Positions 1 through 13,676 of a stretch of DNA of 64,000 nucleotides are shown here, piece by piece. The notes below the pieces were generated by a model. The model did no database searches. It was not told where the DNA came from and saw nothing but the letters and a program-made list of their open reading frames with translations. Location of the stretch: positions 100,130,001 to 100,194,000 of the forward strand of contig OZ024743.1 in NCBI GenBank assembly GCA_964016885.1. The letters run 5' to 3'. How positions within the stretch are numbered: position 1 is the first letter of the stretch; each line of letters begins with the position of its first letter. Made by a program: the position numbers and the translations under genes. Origin of the DNA: Eledone cirrhosa. Its lineage: Eukaryota.

Positions 1-538
1 GATTTAATTTTCAAATTGATGCAGAATTTTACTCTTTTGGTATAACATTAATGAAATACATTGCCTTTGTCTTTAAAAACATTTTGAGAAATTCAACAAA
101 ATAAATACGATATTACGTGAGATAATTATGTGAGGTAAAACCTTTACCGTGAAAACATAATAGTAAATATAGAGTAATGTAAATGCTAAAGGGTTAAAGT
201 GTCAGCAAAAAGTATAGTATAAAGTTGAAAATGACATGATGCTGGAGTATGCACACCAAATCTTCAAAACTGATTTATGATTCCCAGTTAGAGTCCATTC
301 ACACTTCACTTCCAAAGATGTGTGGATTATTGGTTAGGGTATTGGGTTCATGAGCATATGGTCATAGGATCGATCCCCAGACAAAGCATTGTGTTCTTGA
401 GTAAGGTACTTCACTTCCCATTGCTCCATCCCACTAAGTTCAAAAAATGAGTACTGCCAGCAACTGAAGTTTAACATTGTGACAGACTGGCATCCCATCT
501 GAGATGGGATGGAGAGTCCTGTACTCTCAGTCACTTAA

Positions 539-1214
539 GCCTTTTATGATCATATTTCTAATGAAATACCCTCTATTCCAATTAATTAATGAAGAATTTG
601 GAGGTATTTACTAAAATTATTGGTCCGTTATTAAGATGGTATTTGTAAGATAAGAAAAGGTTCTCATATGAAATTATGTTTGAAGATTTAAAGTTATATA
701 TGAACCCTTTAAAGTTATATAAGAACATTTTAAAGTTATATATGAACCCTTTAAAGTTATATAAGAACCCTTTAAAGTTATATAAGAACCTTTTTAAAGT
801 TATATAAAAACCTTTTAAAGTTATATAAGAACCCTTTAAAGTTATATAAGAACCCTTTAAAGTTATATAAGAACCCTTTAAAGTTATATAAGAACCTTTT
901 AAAGTTATATAAGAACCTTTTAAAGTTATATAAGAACGCTTTAAAGTTATATAAGAACCCTTTAAAGTTATATAAGAACCATTTAAAGTTATATAAGAAC
1001 CTATTAAAGTTATATAAGAACCTTTTAAAGTTATATAAGAACCTTTTAAAGTTATATAAGAACCCTTTAAAGTTATATAAAAACCTTTAAAAGTTATATA
1101 AGAACCCTTTAAAGTTATATAAGAACCTTTTAAAGTTATATAAAAACCTTTTAAAATAGATGGCTTTGTTTCATAGAACCAGAGGCAGTTTTGGACAGGC
1201 TGTCATGAAAAGGG
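539..1214. mobile_element. piggyBac-like MITE (family B) containing an expanded minisatellite
   Basis: TTAA on both sides (535-538, 1215-1218). Imperfect TIRs gccttttatga / tcatgaaaaggg. Related copies at ~31403-31650 (inverted), ~48870-49057 and ~55949-56181. Confidence 0.6.
687..1155. repeat. 21-bp minisatellite (TTTAAAGTTATATAAGAACCC), ~22 copies
   Basis: Directly visible tandem array. Confidence 0.95.
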
Positions 1215-1611
1215 TTAATGCCTCATGAACTGGAACAAGATCTAATAAGCTTCTAGGTTTGAGACTTTTGCTTCCACTGATAATGCCCTTTGAAGAAACA
1301 AAAAAGCATGAACATTACTTAATCTCTCTCCCACATGTCTGTTAGAAATGTGTTAACCTGCTCTGAAGTAAGAAATCAATAATTTCTTTGTATTTCTGTT
1401 GGTTTGAACATTTTGTTTAAGAATAGATGACAGAAGTTGAGTAGCAATGTCTTAAGATGACAGAGGTTGTCTAAGAATATTTAGAGATGAAAGAGGTCAA
1501 ATCTGTTCTATCAGAATTAAACCTTATGAAAGAATTGATAAACTCTGATGTGATACAAGCTTGGCCTTCAGACATTGCTAACTCATTTCAGTGTGGAAAT
1601 CAAAGAAGAAT

Positions 1612-1613
<2 letters not shown>

Positions 1614-1658
<45 letters not shown>

Positions 1659-1676
1659 TTGTTGTTGTCGTCATCG

Positions 1677-1708
<32 letters not shown>

Positions 1709-1741
1709 GAGGCCGTTGCTGCTGCTGCTGCTGCTGCTGTT
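1614..1741. repeat. (GCT)n/(GTT)n compound microsatellite
   Basis: Directly visible; it produces the poly-A/V/T pseudo-ORFs. Confidence 0.95.
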
Positions 1742-1743
1742 TT

Positions 1744-2623
1744 AATAATAATAATGAAATTATTGTGTACAGTGCTCAGGTGCACTACAACTCATCAAAG
1801 GTGCATGTATAGTACATAGAATAATATACAAATGTCAGGGAAGTGAATAGTGTATGAGTCATGATATACATGTGTGTATGTGTATGGAGGGGGAATATTA
1901 GGTGTAGTGTTGGCAAATCTCAGGAAGCATGGAGGATTTAAAGGATGCATTGTTTCAACAGCTAACAACTGGTGCAGGTAGTTTATTCCATGCTTCAGCA
2001 ACTCTGAGCGTGAAAAAATGTTTCCGAAATCATGGGAGCTGTGCTGTTTTCTGACTTTGTGGGCATGCCCACGTATGTTAGACACATGGATATCAAAAAG
2101 ATGCTCAGGGCTGTTGTTGGCAACATGGTTAATAATTTTGTGGGTGTTTACCAAGTCAGTTGCCAGACGTCGGAGCTTCAATGAATCCATGCCCAGGGAA
2201 GCAAAGCATTCAGAGTATAGTAGATGCCTGATGGAGGGTATTCGCTTGGTTGCACATCTCTGAACAGTTTCCAGGAGATCAATGTTCTGAGCAAGATAGG
2301 GGTTCCAGACTGGTGATGCAAATTCTAAGTGTGGCCGCACCATAGCCATGTACAGCCTTAAATAGATAGCTGGAGAGCGGCTGACAAAGGTCTTGCTGAG
2401 TGATACTAAGACACCCTCGGCCTTCTTGACAGTTTTAGAGACGTGCTTCGTCCAAAGGAAATCGCTGCTGACCGTAATGCCCAGGTCACGTTCACAAGAA
2501 GACTTCTTGATATTAGTGTTGTGGAGGGAGTATGTGGATGCTGGGTTTTTACTCCGAAAATGCATGGTGGTACACTTGTCCACAGCCAACTTGAGTTGCC
2601 AGTCTGAGATCCACTGCTGCATT
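1744..2623 (-). mobile_element. CR1-clade LINE, 5'-truncated (RT C-terminal region, 3' UTR, (ATT)n tail)
   Basis: ORF 1795..2622: ERDLGITVSSD..W..HV, MVRPHLEFASPVWNPY, LETVQR.ATKRIP. 3' end has an AGTGC-ACCTGA-GCACT stem-loop then an ATT tail. Confidence 0.9.
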
Positions 2624-4159
2624 GGGTCCAGTGTTGCTGGTGGGGATTGTAGTAGTAATGATGATTGTTGTTGTATAACCCCAGGTCAGCCTTGATTGAG
2701 AAAACCTACAGCATGCAAAGAGTTGATCGAATATTTTCCGACTTTCTGTGGTTGTTGATACTTTTTAGCCCCAGGTCAGCCATGATTGAAAAGACAAAGG
2801 ATCAAAGACAATCTAGGCTGTAATGATCCTGTTTTCTTTTTTTGTTTTCTTTTTCCCACTGTGTAAGAAACCCAGAACCATATTATACAGTATTCTTTTC
2901 TAAAATGATAGTCTGTGATTTTAGGGATATTTTTGTTGCTATAGTGGTGGTGGTGGTGGTGGTGGTGATAGTGATGGTAGTGATGGTAGTGATGGTGATG
3001 ATGATGGTGATGATGAGTGTATGTTCCAAGTTATAGTCCACAGTTTTGCATTTAAGTAGCTATAATTTAACATAGGAGCACACTTTTTTGAAGAAGAATG
3101 TCAAGCTAAATGACTTTTTCTATAAACCTGAGCTAGGCCGAGTACTATTACTAGTTGTATTTTGTATCATACAGCAAAGGTTGTATGAAATCAAGAAAAA
3201 GATTTCTAACCTATTGAGAAATGCATTTCTGTGATTTCACTCCCCACCCTTCTCCACTTAAAAGGCCACTTTGAGTTTGATTGTTGACTTGTCGACCTGA
3301 CAGTATTTGCTTCAAATTCTCTGATAGCCAGTCAAATATCATTGAAGAGATTTATTGTATGCTGTTCTGCTTCGCCAAAGTAAGTTTTAGTGATGTTTAA
3401 AAAGTAAACACAACAAACTCCCTATTGTCTGGGGATCATACAATGAAATTGTACGATTTTGTAATTAGATTGGAACCATAGTGAAGAATAGATAAGATGA
3501 CTGCTTTTACAGTTGACTAACTTTGGAGGCTAAATCAGTTATTGGATTGTAGCAGATGATGTGCTATAAACTTATCATCTCAAATAAGAACTATGCTAGA
3601 TTAATCATCCAAGTATTGAATTAACCTACAATCAATGTAATGATTTGGCAAAGTCGTTACAACATCAGATGCTTTGTAACATTCAGTTCAGATCTCTGCT
3701 CTCTGAGTTCAAATCCTGCTGAAGTCAACTTTACCTTTCGTCCTTTCAAGGTCGATAAAAAAGGTACCAGTCATGTACTGGGATCAATTCTTCCTCTATG
3801 TCTCTTTCTCACTTCTCCTTTCTATCCTTCTCTGGAAGAAGTCTGCTGTGCTCAGACCAAGAGGGCTTCACCAAGCTTAAAATGCCTGAATCACAAGACC
3901 ATACCAATGTATTTCATTACCAATGAAGTGAGAGTTTCAGGTTAGACATAATCCTTTCTTAATCATCTGAAGCACATTTTCGTATTACAACAAAAATAAA
4001 GAAGAAATATTTATTTATTTCTATATTGTTTAACAATAAAAAGTTAAATGTGATAAACCTAATTTTGTTTCACTTATCTAAAATCTCTAACAATATTAAT
4101 ATCAATCTAATTTAGAAATCCAGTTTCCCTTTCAGGTACAGAAATCTACTGTATTACCA

Positions 4160-4705
4160 TTGTCAGGTAACACATTTGTGGCTGCCACATTTAATGTTAG
4201 TTCACTGAAAGGTAGATCTGGAGAAATTGTGAAAATGCTTGAGCAGAGATGAGTAGACGTGTGTTGCATTCAAGAGGTGAGATGGAGAGGAGCATTAGCC
4301 AGATTCTTCACTGACAAACAGTTTAGATACAAGCTCTTCTGGGTAGGAAATGATGGTAGGTGGTGTAGGGATTTTACTAGATAAGAAATGGATAGATAAG
4401 GTAGTTAGAGTAAATGAAAGAATTATTAAACTCAAAATAGTCAAAGGCAGTAGCATGACAATAGTTATCTCTGCTTGTGTGCCATGATCAAGACTAAGTA
4501 ATGAACAAAAGGACCAACTTCATCCTCACTGGTGATTTCAATGGACATGTTGGGCAGCACCAATGTGACTACATTGGAGTGCATGGTGGCTATGTATGTA
4601 GCTTGAGAAATGAGGAGGGGTCAAGACTCCTTGAATTCTGTGGATGCAAATCACTTAACTATTTGCAACACTAACTTCAGGAAACCAATCAGCTACTTGA
4701 TCCCC
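4160..4705 (+). mobile_element. Degenerate RTE LINE 5' fragment (APE endonuclease)
   Basis: Encodes ATFNVSSLKGRSGEIVKMLEQR*VDVCCIQEVRWRG, GDFNGHVG and ICNTNFRKP; homologous to 37027-37620. Confidence 0.8.
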
Positions 4706-5641
4706 TGTGTGCTGTAAGAGACATTTAAAAAGGTTGACTAGAAAGAGCATCTAGTCATAAAATATTGCCTTAGAAAGAACCCCATGGTAAAATGACCTTA
4801 AAACACTTTTTGTTGTATATTATTCATGATGGTAAAAATGCAAGGTTTCTTCAGATAAAACTTTGTTCTCAAATTAAAACCCCTATTTCCATTGAAGAAT
4901 ATTGGTAAAAGTCCTTGGTTAATCTATGATTTGTGGGGAATTTCTAACAATGTCTTAAGAATTACTGCTGGGCATTAGTATATTGAACCTTTGAGCTTTG
5001 CAGGTTAGTAATAGGAAATACATTAATTAGTTGACTAATTAATTAATTATGGAAGGTTTAAAGAGCCTGTAATAAGATTGAAATTTAAGCGTATGTTTTA
5101 TTTTATGCTAAGGCTACTACAACATATATTAACTATAAGATAGTTGAATAAAATCAGTGATATAACCCCTTGACACAGAAAAAGTTATAATAACCTTTGT
5201 AAAAAGTAAAATATTATTTTAACTAATTAATTGTCAAAATACTTTCATCACAACCTGTGACCTTATTGATGACTGTTATCCTGTCTCCTCATCATTCACA
5301 CTTACTCTATCTTTTCTATCTTTTTATCTTCAGGTATGTAATACATCCAAATATAACAAACCAATGAGAAAGCCTCCATAGGTTATTCAATCTGATAGAA
5401 ATAGCAGCTAAATTTCCCTCAAACCACATCCTACCATCTTAACTCTTAACACCCTGTACCACATGAAACCACATTATAGAGACTTTCTTGAAAAGTATAA
5501 AACAACATTATGACTGACATTATGACTGACTGAATCATATTAAAAGCTAAAGTTCTTACTCACATGCTGCAAATTTTCACAATGATCTGTCATATAGTAA
5601 ATATACTATAAACATTTGAATTTACAGACGAATTTTTAGAT

Positions 5642-6796
5642 ATCATCATCATCATCATCACCGTTTTACGTCCGTTCTTCAACGCTAGCATGGGTTAGGC
5701 GGGTTGTCCTGTTGTGGGCAGTGTCTGGTCGGCTGACCATGCCTTGCTCATACAGGAATTGATTTGGCTTGATTTCTACAGATGGATGCTCTTCCTAACA
5801 CCAACCTCATTTACAGTGAGTGCTAGGTGCTTTTTCGTGGCGCCTATACGTCCACTTTACAGTGTGGGCTGGGTGCTTTTTTGCCGTGGCACCTCCACGA
5901 CCACCTTGCAGTGGGAGGGTGTGGGGGCATATTGTCTATATGCTTCAGCTTGTACCCATGGGAGGTCGGGTACTCTGTATTACTGCGTGACGCCAGAGGT
6001 CACGGTCGTGTGAGAGGTGTAATTGGATAAGGTCGGCTTTTATCACCTCATCCCAGATCATCTTGAGTCTCCCCACTCCGTGGTTTCCATCGACTTCTAG
6101 TGCTCTGCACATTTTTATGCAGCTGTCATCCTTCATACGCATCACATGTCCATACCAACGCAACCGCCTCTCCTGCACACCGCATTTGATTCCTCTTATG
6201 TTCAGTCTCTCTCTCAATTCATTTATGCTTTGCCGTTCACGTATATTACTATTACACATCCATCGGAGCATGTAGGCTTCGTTTCTCTCTAATCTACGTA
6301 AGTCTTCCACCTTCAGCGCCCAGGTCTCACTACCATGCAACATCGCTGTTCGGATACACGCATCATACAGTCTGCCTTTCATTTTGAGGGAGAAGCCTTT
6401 TGCAGCTAGCAGTGGCAGTAGCTCCCTGAACTTCTTCCATCCCGTTCTTACCCTAGTTATTGTACTTTCTGAACACCCACCTCCGCTGCTAATTCGGTCA
6501 CCTAGGTAGCAGAAGGTGTCTACTGTCTCTACAGAGCCCTCCCAGAGTTTGGTGGTACTTGTTTCCTGTGGCTGTTTGCTGCTTGCTGTCCCAGTACAGC
6601 TGCTGCATGTGAAGCCTACATTCTTAATTAAGCTTCCTGAGATCCCGCTACATCTCTTGTGTACCCATTGTTTGCATTTGGGGCAGAGAACGGAGTTCCT
6701 ACCTACACCTTTCCTACATACTGAGCAAGGCCATTTCCCTGAGGGGCTCTGGGTTCTGTTTTTTTGTCTACTAACAAGGACCTTAGTCTTTGTCAT
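5642..6796 (-). mobile_element. RTE LINE 3' fragment (family 2) with PHD-like finger, RT thumb, 3' UTR and (TGA)n tail
   Basis: ORF 5945..6883: TKTKVLVS, WPCSVCRKGVGRNSVLCPKCKQWVHKRCSG, FCYLGD, MLHGSETW, RRLRWYGHVMRM. Tail catcatcat at 5642-5660. Confidence 0.9.
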
Positions 6797-6797
6797 G

Positions 6798-6863
<66 letters not shown>

Positions 6864-7375
6864 TATATATATATGTGACACACTGATAGTACATATGAAG
6901 CAACTACAGACAGTAATATGTTCTACTAAATCATTACAGGTTGTTAAGAGTTAGAACAAAAAGACATAAGATAATGGAATCTGGAGTACAGTAGTCATGG
7001 AAATAAAGATAGGATGGCCATGACTGGAATGTGTTCAATCATAAGACTTCTTGGTGAGGCTCAACATAGGACTAAACAACAACAATAGCATCCAAATATA
7101 AATTACATTCTCCAATAAAGAAGCCTCTAGAAAGTCTGCTAGAAATAGCAGTCAAACTCACTCAAATTACACTTTTCACCTTTAAAACAAAGAGGGACAC
7201 ATTAAACAGCATAATTCTAAACTAGAGATGATAATTTAACACTCTCATACATGGCCAACCATGTGGTGGGTAGATTTATAAAGGATCTGACACAAATGTT
7301 TAATGAATTCGATTTAAATATCTCTATCCCTGCATATCATCAGAACCGACTTGAAGGGCATTCAACTGTGAAATT

Positions 7376-8605
7376 GTTGTTGGTGGTGGTGGTGGTGGTG
7401 GTGGTGGTGGTGGTGGTGGTGGTGGTGGTGGTTGTGGTGGTGGTGGTGGCGGTGGTGGTGGCGGTGGTGGTGGTGGTGGTGATGGTGGTTGTGGTGGTGG
7501 TGGTGGTGGTGGTGGCGGTGGTGATGGTGGTGATGGTGGTGGTGGTGGTGGTGGTTGTGGTGGTGGTGGTTGTGGTGGTGATGGTGGTTGTGGTGGTGGT
7601 GGTGGCGGTGGTGGTGGTGATGGTGGTGGTGGTGGTGGTGGTGTTGGTGGTGGTGGTGGTGGTGGTGGTGGTGGTGGTGGTGGTGGTGGTGGTGGTGGTG
7701 GTGGTGGTGGTGGTGGTGGTGGTGGTGTGGCGGTGTGGCGGTGGTGTTGGTGGTGGTGGTGGTGGAGGTGGTGGAGGTGGTGGTAGTGGTGGTGGTGGTG
7801 GTGGTGGTGGTGGTGGTGGTGGTGGTGGTGGTGGTGGTGGTGGCGGTGTGGCGGTGGTGTTGGTGGCGGTGGTGGTGCTGGTGGTGGTGGTGGTGGTGGT
7901 GGTGGTGGTGGTGGTGGTGGTGGTGGTGTGGCGGTGATGGTGGTGGTGGTGGTGGTGGTGGTGGTGGTGGTGGTGGTGTGGCGTGATGGTGGTGGTGGCG
8001 GTGTGGCGGTGGTGTTGTTGGTGGTGGTGGTGGTGGTGGCGGTGGTGGTGGTGGTGGTGGTGGTGATGGCGGTTGTGGTGGTGTGGCGGTGGTGGCGGTG
8101 ATGGTGGTGGTGGTGGTGGTGGTGGTGGTGGTGGTGGTGGTGGTGGTGGTGGTTGCGGTGGTGTGGCGGTGGTGGTGGTGATGGTGGTGGTGGTGGTAGT
8201 GGTGGTGGTGGTGGTGGCGGTGGTGGTGGTGGTGGTGGTGATGGCGGTTGTGGTGGTGTGGCGGTGGTGGTGGTGATGGTGGTGGTGGTGGTAGTGGTGG
8301 TGGTGGTGGTGGCGGTGGTGGTGGTGGTGGTGGTGATGGCGGTTGTGGTGGTGTGGCGGTGGTGGTGGTGATGGTGGTGGTGGTGGTGGTGGTGGTGGTG
8401 GTGGTGGTGGTGGCGGCGGTGGTGGTGGTGGTGGTGGTGATGGCGGTTGTGGTGGTGTGGTGGTGGTGGTGGTGATGGTGGTGGTGGTGGTGGTGGTGGT
8501 GGTGGTGGTGGTGGTGGTGGTGGTTGCGGTGGTGTGGCGGTGGCGGCGGAGGCGGTGGTGGTGGTGGTGGTGGTGGTGGTGGTGATGATGATGAGGAGGA
8601 GGAGG
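7376..8605. repeat. ~1.2-kb (GGT)n microsatellite with higher-order variant blocks
   Basis: Directly visible; explains the poly-V/G/H/P/T ORFs. Confidence 0.97.
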
Positions 8606-9444
8606 TATACAAAAACATGAGATATTTATTGCTGTAATCCCATTGATTATAGATCTGCATATATCCTTATTGTTGTCATTGTTACCACATCCATCATTGT
8701 TCTTCTTTCTCTCCTTATTAGGTCAATAATGCAAAGAAAGCAATATTCAAGATTTCCTTTTATTCTAGGAATACCACAAGAAATAGATAACAGTTGTGAT
8801 ATTTCACTATTGTCGCTGTTGACATTTTTTCAGTTGCTACAATCTATATTTAATGGATGTTTTTGTCAGTGAGATAGATCAATGTCTATAAATTATAAAT
8901 TCCATTTGGAATCATCTTCTAATTATCTTCTAATTATCTTCTAATTATCTTAGAATTTTGGAATTATATTTGTATGTGCAGATATGGCTGTGTGATTAAG
9001 GAGTTCACTTTACAACCACATTGTTTTAGGTTCACTTCCTCTGTGGGGTATGTTCGGTGTCTTCTACTATGTATGACCTTGGATTGACAAGTACCTTGTG
9101 AGTGATATTATGGGAACTGTGCAGAAGTCTAGTATGTGTGTATGTGTGGCAGTTGATCCGGCAGATCCATTAGAGTGTTGGATATTGGTTTGTGGTCTCA
9201 GTATTCTGAATTCAAACTCCAAAACCTATTTTGTCTTTCATTTTGGGGGCTGATAAAGAAAGAATCAACCCAGTTCTTCTTTCAGCTGTTACATCAGGGA
9301 TGTTCTGCTGAATCAAGAGAGTGAGGATCGTGAGGGTGTCTTTGACTGCTGGTGATTCTATGTAGACTGAAAACACTTAGCATGGTACCACCAAGTCATA
9401 TTCAAATATTCGATTGTAAGAGCTAGCTTTAGAAGTTAGGATAT

Positions 9445-10298
9445 ATCATCATTATCATCATCATCATCATTTTACGTCCGCTTTTCCCTGCTTGCAAGGG
9501 TGGGACGGGCCTTATTCAGCACAGCATCTCTCCACTTATCATGGTCCTTTGTCATCCCCACCGTGAGCTTCAGCGATCTGTGGTCTGTTCTCACCGCCTC
9601 CGCCAATGTTTTTCGTGGTCTACCTCTACCACGTCTTCCTTCAACTGGCATTTCCTGGCACTTCTTCACCCAGCAGTCATCCTCCATGCGCATCACATGT
9701 CCATACCACCTCAGTCTCCTCTCTCGCACACTACATTCTATCCCTCTCAGACACAGTTTCTCTCTCAACACAGCCAGTCTTAAACTCCTCTGTTATGGCT
9801 TGGAGGACTATAATGAACAAGAGTGGGCTGGGGACCGAACCTTGATGTACTCCTACTTGTATCTGGAATTCCTCACTAAACTCCATTCGTACCCTGACTT
9901 TACTGACAGCACCTCTATACAAAGTTTGCACTGTCCTCACAAGCCATTCTTAAACACCTAACTTCCTTAGGGCCCACCAGATGACAGATCGGGCTACTCT
10001 ATCAAAGGCCTTCTCTAGGTCAACAAAGGCTAAGTATAGTGGCTTATTCTTCTCTAAGAACCTCTCTTGTAATTGTCTCACCAAGAAGAGGGCATCTGTT
10101 GTACAAAACCAAACTGCATCTCATCTAGTTTGACCGTTTCTCTAATTAGTTGTGCTAATATCCTTTCTTCCACTTTCATAACCTGATCCATCAGTTTTAT
10201 ACCCCTATAATTGCTCCTCTCCAGAGCATCCCCTTTACCTTTGTAGCAATTTATGAGAACACTGCTGCACCAGTCTTTGGGTATGACACCACCATATA
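9445..10298 (-). mobile_element. RTE LINE (family 1) 3' fragment with ~0.7-kb internal deletion
   Basis: Close match to 38548-39092 joined to 39782-40130 (GVHQGSV.SPLLF; RRLRWYGHVMRM; GRGRPRKT), with a (TGA)n tail. Confidence 0.9.
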
Positions 10299-10301
10299 TA
10301 A

Positions 10302-10340
<39 letters not shown>

Positions 10341-10347
<7 letters not shown>

Positions 10348-12298
10348 CACCCACAGACTACAAGGAAAATTCAAGGATCTCCACGGTGGACTCTACCGTG
10401 ACGATGCGCTCCTATTAGTTAAGCATATGAATAACCAGAATTTAGAAAGGATGCGTAAAAATATTAGAAAGCTTTTTAAGGAACTAGGATTAAATATTAC
10501 GTTTGAATATAACCTCAAAGAGGTTAATTTCCTTGATGTTACTTTGAATCTCAATACAGAAACGATTAAACCGTTCCATAAACTAAATGAGAACCTTAAA
10601 TATGTAAATACGGGTTCTAACCATCCACCCTCTATAATTAAATCCATCCCTAGAAATATTTCCCTTAGAATCTCCCGCCTGTCGTCCAACCAGCAAACCT
10701 TCAAAGAACATGCCGAATATTATGATGATGCACTTAGGAAGGCTGGACACCTAGATAATATAGAGTATATAGTCGACGATCACCAAAACACCCAAAATAA
10801 ATCTCATAGAGGTAGAAATAGCCAAGAATCACCACCATACATACACTACCGCAATAGACACACTAATAGTCGCACACCACCAAACAGAAGGCGATGTAAA
10901 GAGTATATATGGTACAACCCGGTCTATAACAACTCTATTAAAACCAATCTACCCTCACAATTCTTTCGATTAGTTAAAAAACATTTTCCGACATCACATA
11001 AATATAATAAAATCTTAAACCCTAACACTATTCGACTTTCATATTCAACCGCCCCTAATATTGAACAACATATAAAAAAGCTTCACGCAAAACGGTTGTA
11101 TAAACGCCTTCCAACACATAACAATACACGTAAAACATCGGCTATAACATCACAAAACAACAAACAACATCCCGTCCTGCCTAAGCAACCTCATCAACCC
11201 ATCCATGGTAATACAACAACGCAAAATTATAACTGTAACTGTGTCCAACCAGGAATGTGTCCGTTGAACAATCAGTGTCTTGAACGCAACATCATATACA
11301 AATGTACTATCGAATCGGGTAGCCAGAAGTGGTACTATGTGGGGTCTACAGCTACCTCCTTCAAATCTCGCCTTTATAGACATCGTTACTCGATAAAACA
11401 TGAAAACCAGCGTTATGTAACAACACTCGCAGACAAGGCTTTGCGCGAAAATAACCAACAATTTAACCTAAAATGGGATATAATATCAGGTGCCCCTGCA
11501 TATTTCCAAGGACAGGAATTTTGTAAATTGTGTAATATGGAATTATTTTGTATTGTGAAATCTAAATTATTTTATTAAATAACAGAATAGAGCGATCGTT
11601 ATACTGTAACCATCGCTTGAAATCTACATTTTCATATTACAAACGCTACCAGGATTGAACGCCTGTCTCCATCTGCGTTTGATTGTCAAAATACACATTA
11701 ACATTCTCTATTAGTCTTATTTCTATCAACTCTTCTATTCTTTACCATTTAATATAAACTGCTATAGATAAAATGAGATTTCTTAATTCAATTCCCTAAT
11801 GCATATACCAGCAGGCTACCAGCATTGTTTTTATATAGTAGCAGTGAAAATCTCCCTCTTCCTTACTTGACACTTTATATCTGTATTAATACTACTACAC
11901 CAAACGACCAGCCCTGTCCATTGTTCAATTGGTCAAATATAGATTAAAATAGGCACTCCCAAAAATTCTTATTTAGATAAAATAAGCCGTATACTCATTG
12001 TATTCTCATTAAAAACCTTCTATATACCTGTTTACCAGTAAATTGAATTGCCATCTGTCATATACTATCCCCTCTCTTCTTCCTTTCTTACAACTAATAT
12101 AAATACTTCAATTTTTCTGATTTTTTCCAATTTATCCAATATCTCTGAAGAAGTGACAACTGATTATACATTTGCTATCGAATACTTGCTAACATTATAT
12201 GATTACTCAAGCAGCGATACATAGGTATTCCGTCTGTTACAGAAACATATGTCAATACCTAATAAATTCCTTTATGAAAGCACTTTCATTTTATAGTC

Positions 12299-12305
<7 letters not shown>
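10341..12305 (+). mobile_element. Penelope-like element, 5'-truncated (RT C-half + GIY-YIG + pLTR), possibly Hydra clade
   Basis: GLYRDD, VNFLDVTLNL, SNHPPSIIKSIP, linker CNCxxxxxCPLNNQC, NIIYKC...YYVGST...FKSRLYRH, FCKLC. Frameshift near 11575. (TA)n on both sides. Hammerhead + AATAAA at the 3' end. Confidence 0.92.
12140..12257 (+). ncRNA. Type I hammerhead ribozyme, long helix II (pLTR of Penelope element 1)
   Basis: CTGAAGA 12145-12151; helix II gtgaca/tgttac; GAAA 12242-12245; C-ATAT-G; GUC site; weak helix I; AATAAA at 12261. Confidence 0.6.
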
Positions 12306-12382
<77 letters not shown>

Positions 12383-12829
12383 TGGTTACACAACAGTTAG
12401 TTCACCATACCAAGAACAATTGTTTCACCGTAGCGGATCATCAGCTCGTAATGGACATGGTTATACGGAACAGGAAGGACAACCGTACGAACGCGCATGC
12501 GCAGAAACGATCACTTCACACAGGCAATACTAAATTGCGTGCGAGAGGTGTAAGGGAGATAACTGCTAAAGTCCGAAAGTTTGTAGTTGATAAGAAAATT
12601 AAGATGTTGTTGTTATTCAATCCGGAGCTTGGTAGTTGTATAAGAGGTGTTTCCAGACGTGTGGACAACATGTGAAGAATTCATTTCTCATGTTTAGGCA
12701 ATCACTATTGCGTAATCTCTTTAGAACATTTATTCGTTCATGAATACATAGTCCACACGACGGATTGCTCCTTGTGTATGGCTTGGACTTAGTGATGGCT
12801 TTCCATTGAATGGAGTAGTCTATACTTAG

Positions 12830-12962
12830 GTCCTTGAAGGACCATACATGGCTCGCGAGTTTCGTGGATGAACGTCTGTCCGGGTACCTAGAGGTCGATG
12901 AGTCCTTGAGGGACCATACGTGGCTCGCGAGTTTCGTGGATGAACATCTGTCCGGGTACCTA
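12830..12962. repeat. 72-bp tandem duplication at the end of an unclassified (TA)n-flanked insert (12382-12960)
   Basis: gtccttga.ggaccatac.tggctcgcgagtttcgtggatgaac.tctgtccgggtaccta at 12830 and 12902. Confidence 0.85.
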
Positions 12963-12986
12963 TATATATATTATATATATATATAT

Positions 12987-13196
12987 CCCTTTAATGTTAA
13001 AACCGGCCAGAATTCTCTACTTCTTTCAGTTGAAACTGGCTGTAACTGGTCGCTTAAACTGATGTTAAGGTATTGTTCTCAAAATAAATACTTTCAAAAT
13101 CTCATAGATTCGATATTATGTGAGATAATTATGCAAGGTAAAGTCTTTACCATGAAAATATAATAGTATATATAAGGTAATGTGAATGCTAAAGGG
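12987..13196. mobile_element. piggyBac-like MITE (family A)
   Basis: CCCTTTA...AATGCTAAAGGG-TTAA ends. Same family at ~108-197, 28674-28869, 47762-47991 and 54084-54272. Confidence 0.7.
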
Positions 13197-13257
13197 TTAA
13201 ACATATTATATATATATATATATAAATATAAATATAAATTCAGCAAGATATATATAT

Positions 13258-13382
<125 letters not shown>

Positions 13383-13387
13383 GATGA

Positions 13388-13436
13388 GATTCTACAGGAC
13401 TAGAACTGTTTCATTCTTTAGAAATCATCAGGAATC
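13388..13436 (-). ncRNA. Minimal type I hammerhead ribozyme (inverted twin)
   Basis: Exact reverse complement of 13442-13490. Confidence 0.8.
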
Positions 13437-13441
13437 CCTGT

Positions 13442-13490
13442 GATTCCTGATGATTTCTAAAGAATGAAACAGTTCTAGTCCTGTAGAATC
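13442..13490 (+). ncRNA. Minimal type I hammerhead ribozyme
   Basis: gattc-CTGATGA-t ttct aa agaa t-GAAA-cag ttCTAGtc ctg-TA-gaatc. Helices I, II and III all pair; predicted cleavage after A13485. Confidence 0.85.
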
Positions 13491-13578
13491 TCATCTATAT
13501 TAAAACTTTTATACTCTGCAATGTATTGAGTACCTTACTTACTGTGGTCACCTCCGATTCAACCCGGAATAACGTACT

Positions 13579-13674
<96 letters not shown>

Positions 13675-13676
<2 letters not shown>

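Noticed and set aside
3303-5340. Isolated plus-strand splice-like sites (3303-3380, 4136-4166, 5333)
   Set aside because: No recognisable peptide or consistent exon chain.
7251-8660. Poly-V/G/H/P/T ORFs
   Set aside because: Translations of a (GGT)n microsatellite.
12855-12960. Hammerhead-like fragments (CGATGA-gtcc..ggac on +; GAAA-CTCGCGAG on -)
   Set aside because: Neither strand has both core boxes and an NUH site.
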